Source of the DNA: an uncultured Chthoniobacterales bacterium
GTDB taxonomy: Bacteria > Verrucomicrobiota > Verrucomicrobiia > Chthoniobacterales > CALDSX01
Reading direction: 5' to 3'
DNA length: 58,455 nt
NCBI GenBank assembly: GCA_964652295.1
Contig: CAZZCL010000007.1
Location: forward strand, 1-58,455
Position numbers and translations under genes: made by a program. Positions 24,129 to 31,987 of the stretch are shown here, piece by piece. The notes under the pieces are model-generated. The model was not told where the DNA came from. It worked only from the letters and a program-made list of their open reading frames with translations, and searched no databases. The first letter of the stretch is position 1; every line of letters begins with the position of its first letter.

Positions 24129-25835
24129 ATGAGTAACCCCAGCGATCGCCTAGACCGTACCAATCCATCCCCTGCCCCCGTCCAGACCGACCGTCCGGAC
24201 GCATCCACCAAGAGCATTATCTATTATGCCTTGGGGAACATTGAAAACGGAGTGGCCAATAACGCTCTCAACTCATTGCAGAATATCATGGTTGTGGCGA
24301 TGCATATCAATCCTCTCATTGGGGGGTTCATCGTTTCAGTCAAGACGATTATCGATGCTATTACTGATCCAGTGATGGCGCATATCTCCGATAATTTCAA
24401 AAGCCGGTTCGGACGGCGCAAGCCATTTGTTCTGCTGGGTGGGGTCAGCCGCATGCTGTTCCTCATCGCGTTTTTTGCCTTTTTCCCGATTTATCATCAA
24501 ATGTCCAGTAATGCCGAACTGGCAGCGCAGGACCAGGCAACAGCACCAGCTGCAACTGATGTGCAGGCTGCTTCCGCAAGGGGCACGGAAGCTGATACGG
24601 GGGAGGTGACCCCCGAGGGGAATGTTGAGAGCCCGCCTCCGGTCCGCGTCCCGGCAAAGGCTTTGCCCGGTTCCTCCGGGCGACCGGGACTTTTCGACCC
24701 CTTGGTCAAAGGGTTCCAGGCAATGTTCATGAGCACCAACCCCGAGCTGACCCAAGTCGTAATTTACGTGCTCGCTGGGATAATCATTTTCACCCTGCTT
24801 TCCACCATGTCCGGCGTGCCCTATTTTGCTTGGGGCATCGAATTGTGCAGCTCTTACGACGGACGGACGAAACTCACTGTCTATCGTTCGCTCGTGGACA
24901 AAGTCATTGGCATCGTGAATCCATGGGTGCTGCCCTTCTGTTTCTCCTTGGTATGGATCAATGCGATTCACGGTTTATTCTTCTTAGTGGCCGTGGTGGC
25001 CACAGTCGGAATCGCCACCACGGTGTTGATGATTGTCAAAGTGGACGAGCCGAAAACTTACATGACGGTCTCAAAGAAGAAGCTTCCGCTCGGTTTCTTT
25101 AAGTCTTTGTTAATTACGTTGAAAAACCGGAACTTTCTCCGGGTCTTCGCGCTATATCAAATCATTGGCCTCAGCAATGGCCTGTTCCACAGTGTCGGCC
25201 TATACCTCAATATCTATTGGGTCATGAAAGGGGCCGCTCAGGGTTCCACGGTGGTCGCCATCGTGGGAACACTTGGGTGGGCGTTGTCCATTGCTGCCAT
25301 TCCCTTTGTGCTCTGGTTCTCCAAACGCTTCCAAAAACACAACACTGTCCTGCTGGCCGTGGTGCTCATGATGGTCGGTTGCCTGCTTAAATGGTGGCTT
25401 GTGACTCCGGAGGCTCCCTATCTGCAATTGGTTTTGCCAATTTTCTTCTCAATCGGAATTTCGTCGTTCTACACCGTGATGGGCGCCCTGCTGGCCGACG
25501 TGACAGATGACGACGAACTGCAGACCGGAAGGCGACGCGAAGGGATGTTTGCGGCCGTCATGTCGCTACTTGGTAAGGTTCTCGGATCCATCGTCCCGGT
25601 TCTCGCCGGACTCATCCTTGTGATCTCCGGCTTTGAGGCTGCGCTGAAGTTCGACCAGAGCGAGCAAACGATTTTGAACTTGCGGATCGCATTTTCAGTG
25701 GTCCCCGCCTTGATGCTTTCGGTCGCCATTCTGCTCTTGATCCGGTATCCGCTAACCCGGGAACGCATGGCGCAAATCCAGACGGAACTTACCGCCCGTC
25801 GGCAGGCCGACGGTGACGACCCTGCAAACCCCTGA
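24129..25835 (+). CDS. GPH-family (MelB/glycoside-pentoside-hexuronide) sugar:cation symporter
   Basis: The family motif KTIIDAITDPVMAHISDNFKSRFGRRKPFVLLG and multiple hydrophobic helices are present. A low-complexity Ala/Pro/Thr-rich insert of about 75 aa follows the third helix. Confidence 0.75.
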   Translation: MSNPSDRLDRTNPSPAPVQTDRPDASTKSIIYYALGNIENGVANNALNSLQNIMVVAMHINPLIGGFIVSVKTIIDAITDPVMAHISDNFKSRFGRRKPFVLLGGVSRMLFLIAFFAFFPIYHQMSSNAELAAQDQATAPAATDVQAASARGTEADTGEVTPEGNVESPPPVRVPAKALPGSSGRPGLFDPLVKGFQAMFMSTNPELTQVVIYVLAGIIIFTLLSTMSGVPYFAWGIELCSSYDGRTKLTVYRSLVDKVIGIVNPWVLPFCFSLVWINAIHGLFFLVAVVATVGIATTVLMIVKVDEPKTYMTVSKKKLPLGFFKSLLITLKNRNFLRVFALYQIIGLSNGLFHSVGLYLNIYWVMKGAAQGSTVVAIVGTLGWALSIAAIPFVLWFSKRFQKHNTVLLAVVLMMVGCLLKWWLVTPEAPYLQLVLPIFFSIGISSFYTVMGALLADVTDDDELQTGRRREGMFAAVMSLLGKVLGSIVPVLAGLILVISGFEAALKFDQSEQTILNLRIAFSVVPALMLSVAILLLIRYPLTRERMAQIQTELTARRQADGDDPANP

Positions 25836-25907
25836 TCTCAGCCCTTCAGCTCCTCCCGATGCCAGAACATCCCGAATAAAGAGTTCGTCAAAAGTAAAAA
25901 GCCGGCA

Positions 25908-26057
25908 ATGGCAGAGAAGCAAAAGGCCGCGTTTGCCAAAATGGACACGAATCAAGACGGCTCGCTTTCGCCAGAGGAATTTGCGGCAGCACCTGCGAAG
26001 GGTGGAAAAGGCGGAAAGAGTAAGAAGAACGCTAAGTCCGGTGCCGTCGAAGAATGA
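25908..26057 (+). CDS. 49-aa single EF-hand micro-protein (not in the ORF track, which lists only ORFs of 60 aa or more)
   Basis: My own translation is MAEKQKAAFAKMDTNQDGSLSPEEFAAAPAKGGKGGKSKKNAKSGAVEE. DTNQDGSLSPEE fits the canonical 12-residue EF loop (D1, N3, D5, G6, L8, E12) and is flanked by helix-like segments. Whether it is expressed is unproven. Confidence 0.4.
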   Translation: MAEKQKAAFAKMDTNQDGSLSPEEFAAAPAKGGKGGKSKKNAKSGAVEE

Positions 26058-26355
26058 CATGGGCGGACTTTGACGGCGCGACGATGTCGCGGGAAAAAAA
26101 TTCAACGAGACACCGTTTCGCCGCGAGATAAGATCGCGGCGGAACAGGGCCCAAGTTTCATGTCGAAGCTCCATGCTGCCTCGTCCACGGCCTTTACTTG
26201 CGCTTGCAGATACATTGGCTCGCCCCAGTCAATGCTGAAGCCGCTTTCGGCCCCTATGACCGTCGCGGATGACGGAGGGAATCGCTTGCATGTTCCTGGT
26301 CTCAAGTAGCATGAGGAATTGGAAAAACTCGTCTCTGGTGGCCAGATCAGGCGTT

Positions 26356-27456
26356 TCAGCAAGAATCACCGGTCTCCCGCGGCGGGATGGGGTGACCGGC
26401 GTTGCGGATGGTGGTGGCGATGAAGGCGGTTTCGTTGGGGTCGAACGGTGTTCCGTCGATCCGGAAGATGTCGTGGAACCAAAGTTCCGGCTCGGGGATC
26501 GGTTCGCCCGGCTCTAGCGCAGCCCCCACAGCCTTGAGCCTTTCCATTCCATCAACAGTCTGCCAGTTGAAATGGGTCTGGCTTTTGCCGGCAACCAAGC
26601 CCCAATTGAAGCATCCCACACGGTGGTTCCTGAAAAGGGGAAGGCTCAGCTTAAACGTGGTTCCAAGCTCCCGGGCCATGTATTCCGTGCAAATCACAGG
26701 CCTTCCAGAATGGCCCTCCAAATGCCGGAGCATCATCTCCTCCAGTGCTTCGCCTTCATAGCAGTGGAAGGTGATGATGTCCGACCGACTCAGGTTCAGT
26801 GCCAAATTCTGCTCGCCAATTGAGCCTTCCACGCAGGCCGTCAATGGTTGTGAAGGTCTGGCCTCATAAGCCCATTGCCAAGCCAGTTGCAGCAACGCAT
26901 TGCTATCATCCGCGTTACCGCTTTGTCCGGGCTCGTTGTAGATATCCCACATCAGGACCCGATCATCCTGCGCAAACCGGGTCAAAACACCCTGGACATA
27001 ATCCGCCAGTCGCGCCTTCTCCGATGGCGTTGCTGTGCCGTCGTGGAATTTGCGAACGATGTTCTTGCCGGGGCTGTGTTTCCAACCTGAGTTATGCACG
27101 CCGGGCACAGGCAAAGGCTGCTTGCCAAGCTGGGGATCAGGTCTGTGACAGTCGTCAAAAAGTACGAGCAGGACGCTCATTCCATGGCGATTCGCGATGC
27201 CCAGGAAATCATCGATCCGTTTGGCAAAACCATCGCGGTCCGCAGCCCATACCAAGTCGTGCAAGTAGACGCGGACTGCATTGAAGCCGAGGGACCCGGC
27301 CCACCCCAGTTCCCTGTCGATGGTGCGAGGGTCATAGGATTCCTCCTGCCACATCTCCAGTTGGTTGATGGCACTGCTCGGGATGAAGTTACATCCGACT
27401 ATCCACGGCCGCGCCCGGCACCACTGCCTGGCTTTTTCCACTGTCCACTTGCTCAT
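26356..27456 (-). CDS. Clan GH-A (GH5-like) glycoside hydrolase, cytoplasmic
   Basis: WIVGCNFIPSSAINQLEMWQEESYD...GFNAVRVYLH, the acid/base-type motif WDIYNEPG, and a candidate nucleophile region VICTEYMA are present. No signal peptide. Confidence 0.6.
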   Translation of the reverse strand: MSKWTVEKARQWCRARPWIVGCNFIPSSAINQLEMWQEESYDPRTIDRELGWAGSLGFNAVRVYLHDLVWAADRDGFAKRIDDFLGIANRHGMSVLLVLFDDCHRPDPQLGKQPLPVPGVHNSGWKHSPGKNIVRKFHDGTATPSEKARLADYVQGVLTRFAQDDRVLMWDIYNEPGQSGNADDSNALLQLAWQWAYEARPSQPLTACVEGSIGEQNLALNLSRSDIITFHCYEGEALEEMMLRHLEGHSGRPVICTEYMARELGTTFKLSLPLFRNHRVGCFNWGLVAGKSQTHFNWQTVDGMERLKAVGAALEPGEPIPEPELWFHDIFRIDGTPFDPNETAFIATTIRNAGHPIPPRETGDSC

Positions 27457-27610
27457 GCTGACCTCCTAATTCCTTTCCATTTTTACTTCCATGACGTGCG
27501 TCGCCGCCGTTGTCGCGGAACCCGCTCTTGTTGGTCGAAATATCCGTATCGTGAGAGGTCACTCATTAGAAATTAGCAGGATTGGGAGGCGGCACGTCAC
27601 CACGGTCGAA

Positions 27611-28117
27611 TCAAGGCAGGGACTCCTCCCAGGAGTAGACTTTCAGGACGAGACCTTCCGGTCCCTCGAATTCCCCCATGCGCAAACCGTTCTTGTTCGG
27701 TTTGGGCTTGGGCTGGGTGACGATGTTGACCTCCCGTTCAGCGAGGGCGGACATCGCGGCGTCGAGGTCCCCGGCCTCGAATGACAAATGGTGGAATCCG
27801 AGCGGATAGTCCTTAAAGAAGGGTATTTTCCGGGACATCAACTCGATCAGCAAGTCACCGCTTCGCAGAAAGACGAAATCGAGACCGGGGTGACCCGTGG
27901 GAATGCGGCGATGCAGGGTCAGTCCCATAACCTCCATGTAGAATCGGACGGATGCATCGAGATCATCGACCGCAAATGCGATGATGCGGGCGGTGCCCAT
28001 GACGGAGCCGACAGCGGTTTGCTCGGCAGCGCGGACGGCGGCAGGTAACGATACGGCCAAAACGGAGCCCACCGCAAGGAAACGGCGACGACTAACACTC
28101 TGGGGTATGGACTTCAT
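27611..28117 (-). CDS. Tat-exported VOC (glyoxalase/bleomycin-resistance/dioxygenase fold) protein
   Basis: A twin-arginine leader SRRRFLAVGSVLAVSLPAAVRA is present. VOC-like segments are RIIAFAVDDLDASVRFYMEVMGL and FHHLSFEAGDLDAAMSAL. Confidence 0.65.
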   Translation of the reverse strand: MKSIPQSVSRRRFLAVGSVLAVSLPAAVRAAEQTAVGSVMGTARIIAFAVDDLDASVRFYMEVMGLTLHRRIPTGHPGLDFVFLRSGDLLIELMSRKIPFFKDYPLGFHHLSFEAGDLDAAMSALAEREVNIVTQPKPKPNKNGLRMGEFEGPEGLVLKVYSWEESLP

Positions 28118-28183
28118 GGTTACGGAATCGGGTGGGACTGGGATCTGTCGGCGTGATGAACCGCCCGCAGCAAAACGGTGTCT

Positions 28184-29236
28184 CTACTGCCCAAGGTCGC
28201 CACAGGCGAACTGTAGTGCGTCAACCACGGATCGTGCGATATGCGGAACCGAGTAGATGGAGAAATTATGGCCAAACTGGGTGTAGTAGACACGCCCTTG
28301 CCCGTAGGATTTATACCATGCGAGGGCGTATCCGAACGGCTGGGTGTCTTTGGGATATTCAGGGCCGCCCTGGGCGAGCTTTTTGGCGTCGATCGCGACG
28401 ACGACCTTGCTGGCTTCATCCGCATTCGAGAGCGGATTGAAGGTGTAGAGTTCGTCGGAGAACTGCTCTGGCGTCTCGAACTTGACCTTGAAGAGCTTGC
28501 GGTTTTTACCGCTGAGCCACTGGCCTTTCGACTCGATGCTCGCCGTGGGGAGGAGGAAGCCTGCGGCGAGAGGGTGCTCGGGATCGGGGAGGGTGGTCGA
28601 AAAGTTGGCGGCCGCTTTGCCGGGGTGAACCGGATTTTCGGTCACGAACCCGCCGAGCATGCGGTTGTATTCCGCATCGGGATTCTTACGGAAGGGGAGT
28701 CCGCTTCCGTGGGTGGCGAGAATGCCACCTCCCTTTCGCACGTAGTCGGGCAAGACCTCATTATAGAATGCAGCATGATCGGGACGCGCCACCTGGCTGA
28801 TGTTGTTAAGCACGACCGCATCGTATTCCGCGAGCTTGTCCTTGGGGATGTCGTCCACACTGAACGCCTCATCGAACTGGAATTTGCCAGTGGTCTTGGC
28901 GGTATGGCGCAGGAGATGCAGGAGGGCAGCGGCACCCGGAACGTGGAGGGCACCGGCGGTGTCGGTGGTCAGAACGAGCACCTTGCGGTTGGGGGCGGCG
29001 GGCGCGGAGAGCGCTGCGGGGACGGCCGCATGGATGGCCGGGATGGTTTCACGGACGAAATCCGCCACGTTCGAGTCGGTGCCGGATCTGGGTGCCTTGT
29101 CTGGATCGAGCCACGGCTCGATGAGTTGGGTGGTCTTGCGTGCGTGTGGGCCGGGCTCCGCCGCTGGTGCGGGCAGCGGGATGGCGAGGACGAACAGAGG
29201 GAGGAGGAGGTGTGGCAGTGGTGTGTGTTGTTTCAT
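28184..29236 (-). CDS. Secreted ThuA-domain protein
   Basis: Signal peptide LLLPLFVLAIPLPAPAA. ThuA-like segments are VLVLTTDTAGALHVP, YDAVVLNNISQ, GGGILATHGSG and YTQFGHN. Confidence 0.55.
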   Translation of the reverse strand: MKQHTPLPHLLLPLFVLAIPLPAPAAEPGPHARKTTQLIEPWLDPDKAPRSGTDSNVADFVRETIPAIHAAVPAALSAPAAPNRKVLVLTTDTAGALHVPGAAALLHLLRHTAKTTGKFQFDEAFSVDDIPKDKLAEYDAVVLNNISQVARPDHAAFYNEVLPDYVRKGGGILATHGSGLPFRKNPDAEYNRMLGGFVTENPVHPGKAAANFSTTLPDPEHPLAAGFLLPTASIESKGQWLSGKNRKLFKVKFETPEQFSDELYTFNPLSNADEASKVVVAIDAKKLAQGGPEYPKDTQPFGYALAWYKSYGQGRVYYTQFGHNFSIYSVPHIARSVVDALQFACGDLGQ

Positions 29237-29240
29237 GAGA

Positions 29241-30692
29241 TCAGGTCACTATTTCGACTTCGATGTGGGTGGCGGCACCGAGTTTGAGCATAACTGAGCC
29301 GAGGTGACCAACGCACAGGGACATATGGTGAGATATCCCGCTCATCGACCAAGCTCGCAGGAAGGCGGCAACATCCGGCCCGAAATTCCCGCGGGTCACG
29401 GTATTGGCGATTTGAGGAAGGCGACCGGTCATGGATTCGCCTTCGGCGACGACAAATTTGTATTGGTTGCGGTCGTCGATGGCGAGGGAGACCATGGAGA
29501 CGGGGCCTTTCTTGATACTGAACTCAACGGCGATCCCGCGACCTTTTTTGCCATGATAAAGGCTGAGTCCGCGCACCGAGGGGCGACCATCGCAGATTCG
29601 GAGATCATGAGGCCCATCGTGTCCGACATAGACCTGATTTCGTTCGAAATCAACGATAGACAGCTCGCCATACGAACCGCCGGCACCGATGGCAGACGTG
29701 CTTTTCATAGCAATGCAGTTCTTCATGTCCGCTTCACCGGCCAAGGAAATCCCTCTGCTGGTGAGCAGAGTGTTGCCAACGATGAGATTGGATCCGATGC
29801 GCTCGTAGAGGTTGTCATTCTCGCCTTCATAATAGTAGGCGAGTCCGGCGAGATTGTGTTTGTCCACCAAGGTGTCCAGGCCAACAGAGCAGCGGGCGGA
29901 CCACTCGATGTCCGCTTCCGAGGCGGGCTGGGTGATGGGGTCGCCGGACTTTCCCTGAAAATCGAAGACGGTATGCATCTCGGCGATCTTGTCTTTGATC
30001 GCCTGCGCGGAGGCGCTCTGGATGTATTCCGCAAGTTCACACATCTCAATCATACGGCAGTAGGCACCAAACCGCCCGGTGATCGACGTCGGGTCGAAGC
30101 ACATGTCGAGCATCCCGTCGTAGGTGTGCCCCATGTAACCGAAGACCGAGTCGCGCCATGTCCCGAGGACATTGGCGACTGCGCACCATTGGTGGATTTC
30201 ATCCACGACGTAGGGCACCATCTCCGGGTCGCCAAAGACAAGGTCAGCGGGCTTGCGACCGACGCGGACGAGGGCGCTGTAAGCCTCTGGAAGCTGGCAG
30301 GGGCTTCCGCGTTTGATCGCGGTGCCGGTGATGTATTCCTCTTCGAAGTCAAAGTTCTGGGGCAGGCAGACGATCACGATGGGGACATGGAGGTGGAGAA
30401 TGCCGGGAACCCAGAAACCGCTGGCCATGTAGGTGTGGAGATAGACGAAAAGCAGGTCGATATGCGCCTCTTCAAGCAGGTGGCCGACCTCATGGGACTT
30501 GGCGGTACTATCCACGAGGATGTCGGGCATGGCGACATCGATACCGGTCTTCCGAACGATGTCCGCGAAGCGGTGGGCTCCGTTGACGGTGGCCTCGCGC
30601 GAGCCCACAAACTGGCCCCAATAGCGTTCATGGCCGGCGTAGAGGATGCCGACCTTCCCTTGCTTCTCAATGTCTATGATGTTTGGATTCAT
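29241..30692 (-). CDS. L-fucose/L-arabinose isomerase family protein
   Basis: The N-terminus KVGILYAGHERYWGQF and the C-terminus GISHHMSLCVGHLGSVMLKLGAATHIEV are typical of this isomerase family. Length is 483 aa. Confidence 0.7.
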   Translation of the reverse strand: MNPNIIDIEKQGKVGILYAGHERYWGQFVGSREATVNGAHRFADIVRKTGIDVAMPDILVDSTAKSHEVGHLLEEAHIDLLFVYLHTYMASGFWVPGILHLHVPIVIVCLPQNFDFEEEYITGTAIKRGSPCQLPEAYSALVRVGRKPADLVFGDPEMVPYVVDEIHQWCAVANVLGTWRDSVFGYMGHTYDGMLDMCFDPTSITGRFGAYCRMIEMCELAEYIQSASAQAIKDKIAEMHTVFDFQGKSGDPITQPASEADIEWSARCSVGLDTLVDKHNLAGLAYYYEGENDNLYERIGSNLIVGNTLLTSRGISLAGEADMKNCIAMKSTSAIGAGGSYGELSIVDFERNQVYVGHDGPHDLRICDGRPSVRGLSLYHGKKGRGIAVEFSIKKGPVSMVSLAIDDRNQYKFVVAEGESMTGRLPQIANTVTRGNFGPDVAAFLRAWSMSGISHHMSLCVGHLGSVMLKLGAATHIEVEIVT

Positions 30693-30710
30693 AAATAGTG
30701 TGGTTGTGTC

Positions 30711-31052
30711 TCAGGGCTGATAGAATAGGTTTTCTGCTGGCCGAGGCTTACCGGTCGCAGGGTCAAGGTCAACTTCGATGAGTTCACGCATGGTCTCGTT
30801 CCACTGGTGAAAGACGGGGGATTCGGCTTGAGCGGCCCGCGCCGCATCAAGGCCCCGGGTCGCCTCGAAATAACCGAAGAGCCGGTCATCGGCGCACCAG
30901 ATCGAATAGTTGTGAATACCGGCGCTACGCAACAAATCGGCCATCTCGGGGGGAAGATCCCGGTGCAGTCGGATGTAATCGGCCTTGGCCCCCGGTTTGA
31001 GTCGGGCTGTCCAGACATGGCGTTGCGGAAAGAGCTGCGTCTGTTTGTTCAT
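30711..31052 (-). CDS. rhaM: L-rhamnose mutarotase family protein (6-deoxyhexose mutarotase)
   Basis: At 113 aa, YIRLHRDLPPEMADLLRSAGIHNYSIWCADDRLFGYFE parallels E. coli YiiL/RhaM (Y..H..IWPE...G..NY.I...LF). Its start overlaps the stop of the upstream aldolase gene (ATGA). Confidence 0.7.
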   Translation of the reverse strand: MNKQTQLFPQRHVWTARLKPGAKADYIRLHRDLPPEMADLLRSAGIHNYSIWCADDRLFGYFEATRGLDAARAAQAESPVFHQWNETMRELIEVDLDPATGKPRPAENLFYQP

Positions 31053-31987
31053 GACGGAAGGGAGTCCAAGAGAGCATTGATGCGTTGCGAAAGGGCGGGA
31101 CGAAACTCGGCCAGCGTATCGCGGCGGCGTGTGCCAACCGGCTGTCGTCCGGCTCCAAAATCAAAGCCGCGGGACATGACGGCGAGACGGAACGCCTCCG
31201 GCAGGGGGGGGGTCGAAAGAAGGAATTCGAACAGATCACGGATTTGGTCTTGCAAAAGACGTGCGGATGCTTCCTGGCCGTCGCGCACCAGAGCGCGCAG
31301 GCGCAGGGTGGCTTCTGGGACGATACCCGATAGGGCGTTGATGCCTCCATCGCAACCGGCCTCGAGCATCGGCAGCAGGGCGGGATCCCAGCCGGTGTAA
31401 AACGCGAAATCGGACCGCAACGGGCGGACGGCGGCAATCGAACGCATCATGGCAGTGATGTCGCCACTGGAATCCTTGAGACCGATAATGTTCGGGCAAT
31501 CGCGTGCGAGGCGAACAATCGTAGCTGTGTCAATGGGCGACGCGAACATCGGCATGTTGTAGAGCATCACGTTCAGCGGTGATTCTTCGGCGATGCGGGA
31601 GAAATAGTCGTAGAGACTCTCTGCGTCGTAGCGAAAAAATGGCGGGGGTAGCACCGATACGGCTCTAACACCTTGGTCGCAGTAGGCGCGGCAGGCAGAG
31701 ATCGTCTCGCGATGGTTTGCTTCGGGCACGCCAGCCAAAATAGGGACGCGACCTACGCTGGCTTCGATAGCGATGCGGGTGATGGTCCGTCGTTCGTCTG
31801 GGGTGAAGACGAAGAATTCTCCGATGGAGCCGTTGGGGTAGAGACCTTCGATACCCAGCTCTAGGAGCCAGTTAATGTAGCGGCGCAGCTCCGCTTCGTT
31901 GATCGCGCCGTCCTGATGCACCGGCACCATGTGGGGGGTAAACATGCCCGAGAGCCGGGCGGGCGTGGTGTCGAACAGTTTGTTCAT
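31049..31987 (-). CDS. DapA/DHDPS-family class I aldolase (candidate 2-keto-3-deoxy-sugar-acid aldolase)
   Basis: GMFTPHMVPVHQDGAINEAELRRYINWLLELGIEGLYPNGSIGEFFVFTPDER is typical of the DHDPS/NAL family. ATGA overlaps occur at both ends. Confidence 0.7.
   Translation of the reverse strand: MNKLFDTTPARLSGMFTPHMVPVHQDGAINEAELRRYINWLLELGIEGLYPNGSIGEFFVFTPDERRTITRIAIEASVGRVPILAGVPEANHRETISACRAYCDQGVRAVSVLPPPFFRYDAESLYDYFSRIAEESPLNVMLYNMPMFASPIDTATIVRLARDCPNIIGLKDSSGDITAMMRSIAAVRPLRSDFAFYTGWDPALLPMLEAGCDGGINALSGIVPEATLRLRALVRDGQEASARLLQDQIRDLFEFLLSTPPLPEAFRLAVMSRGFDFGAGRQPVGTRRRDTLAEFRPALSQRINALLDSLPS

Noticed and set aside
25833-25910. Possible TGA read-through fusing the GPH transporter to the in-frame EF-hand micro-ORF.
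   Set aside because: Sharing a frame has a one-in-three chance, and 24 stop-free codons are unremarkable in GC-rich DNA. I see no recoding signal.
26076-26100. A hairpin CGCGAC-GAT-GTCGCG followed by an A7 run, considered as a terminator.
   Set aside because: On the plus strand an A-run, not a T-run, follows the stem. On the minus strand the T-run precedes the stem. Neither orientation fits an intrinsic terminator.
26102-26362. An 86-aa minus-strand ORF downstream of the GH5-like gene.
   Set aside because: It has no recognisable motif, weak coding bias, and overlaps the stop of the GH5-like gene. It is treated as non-coding or a gene remnant.
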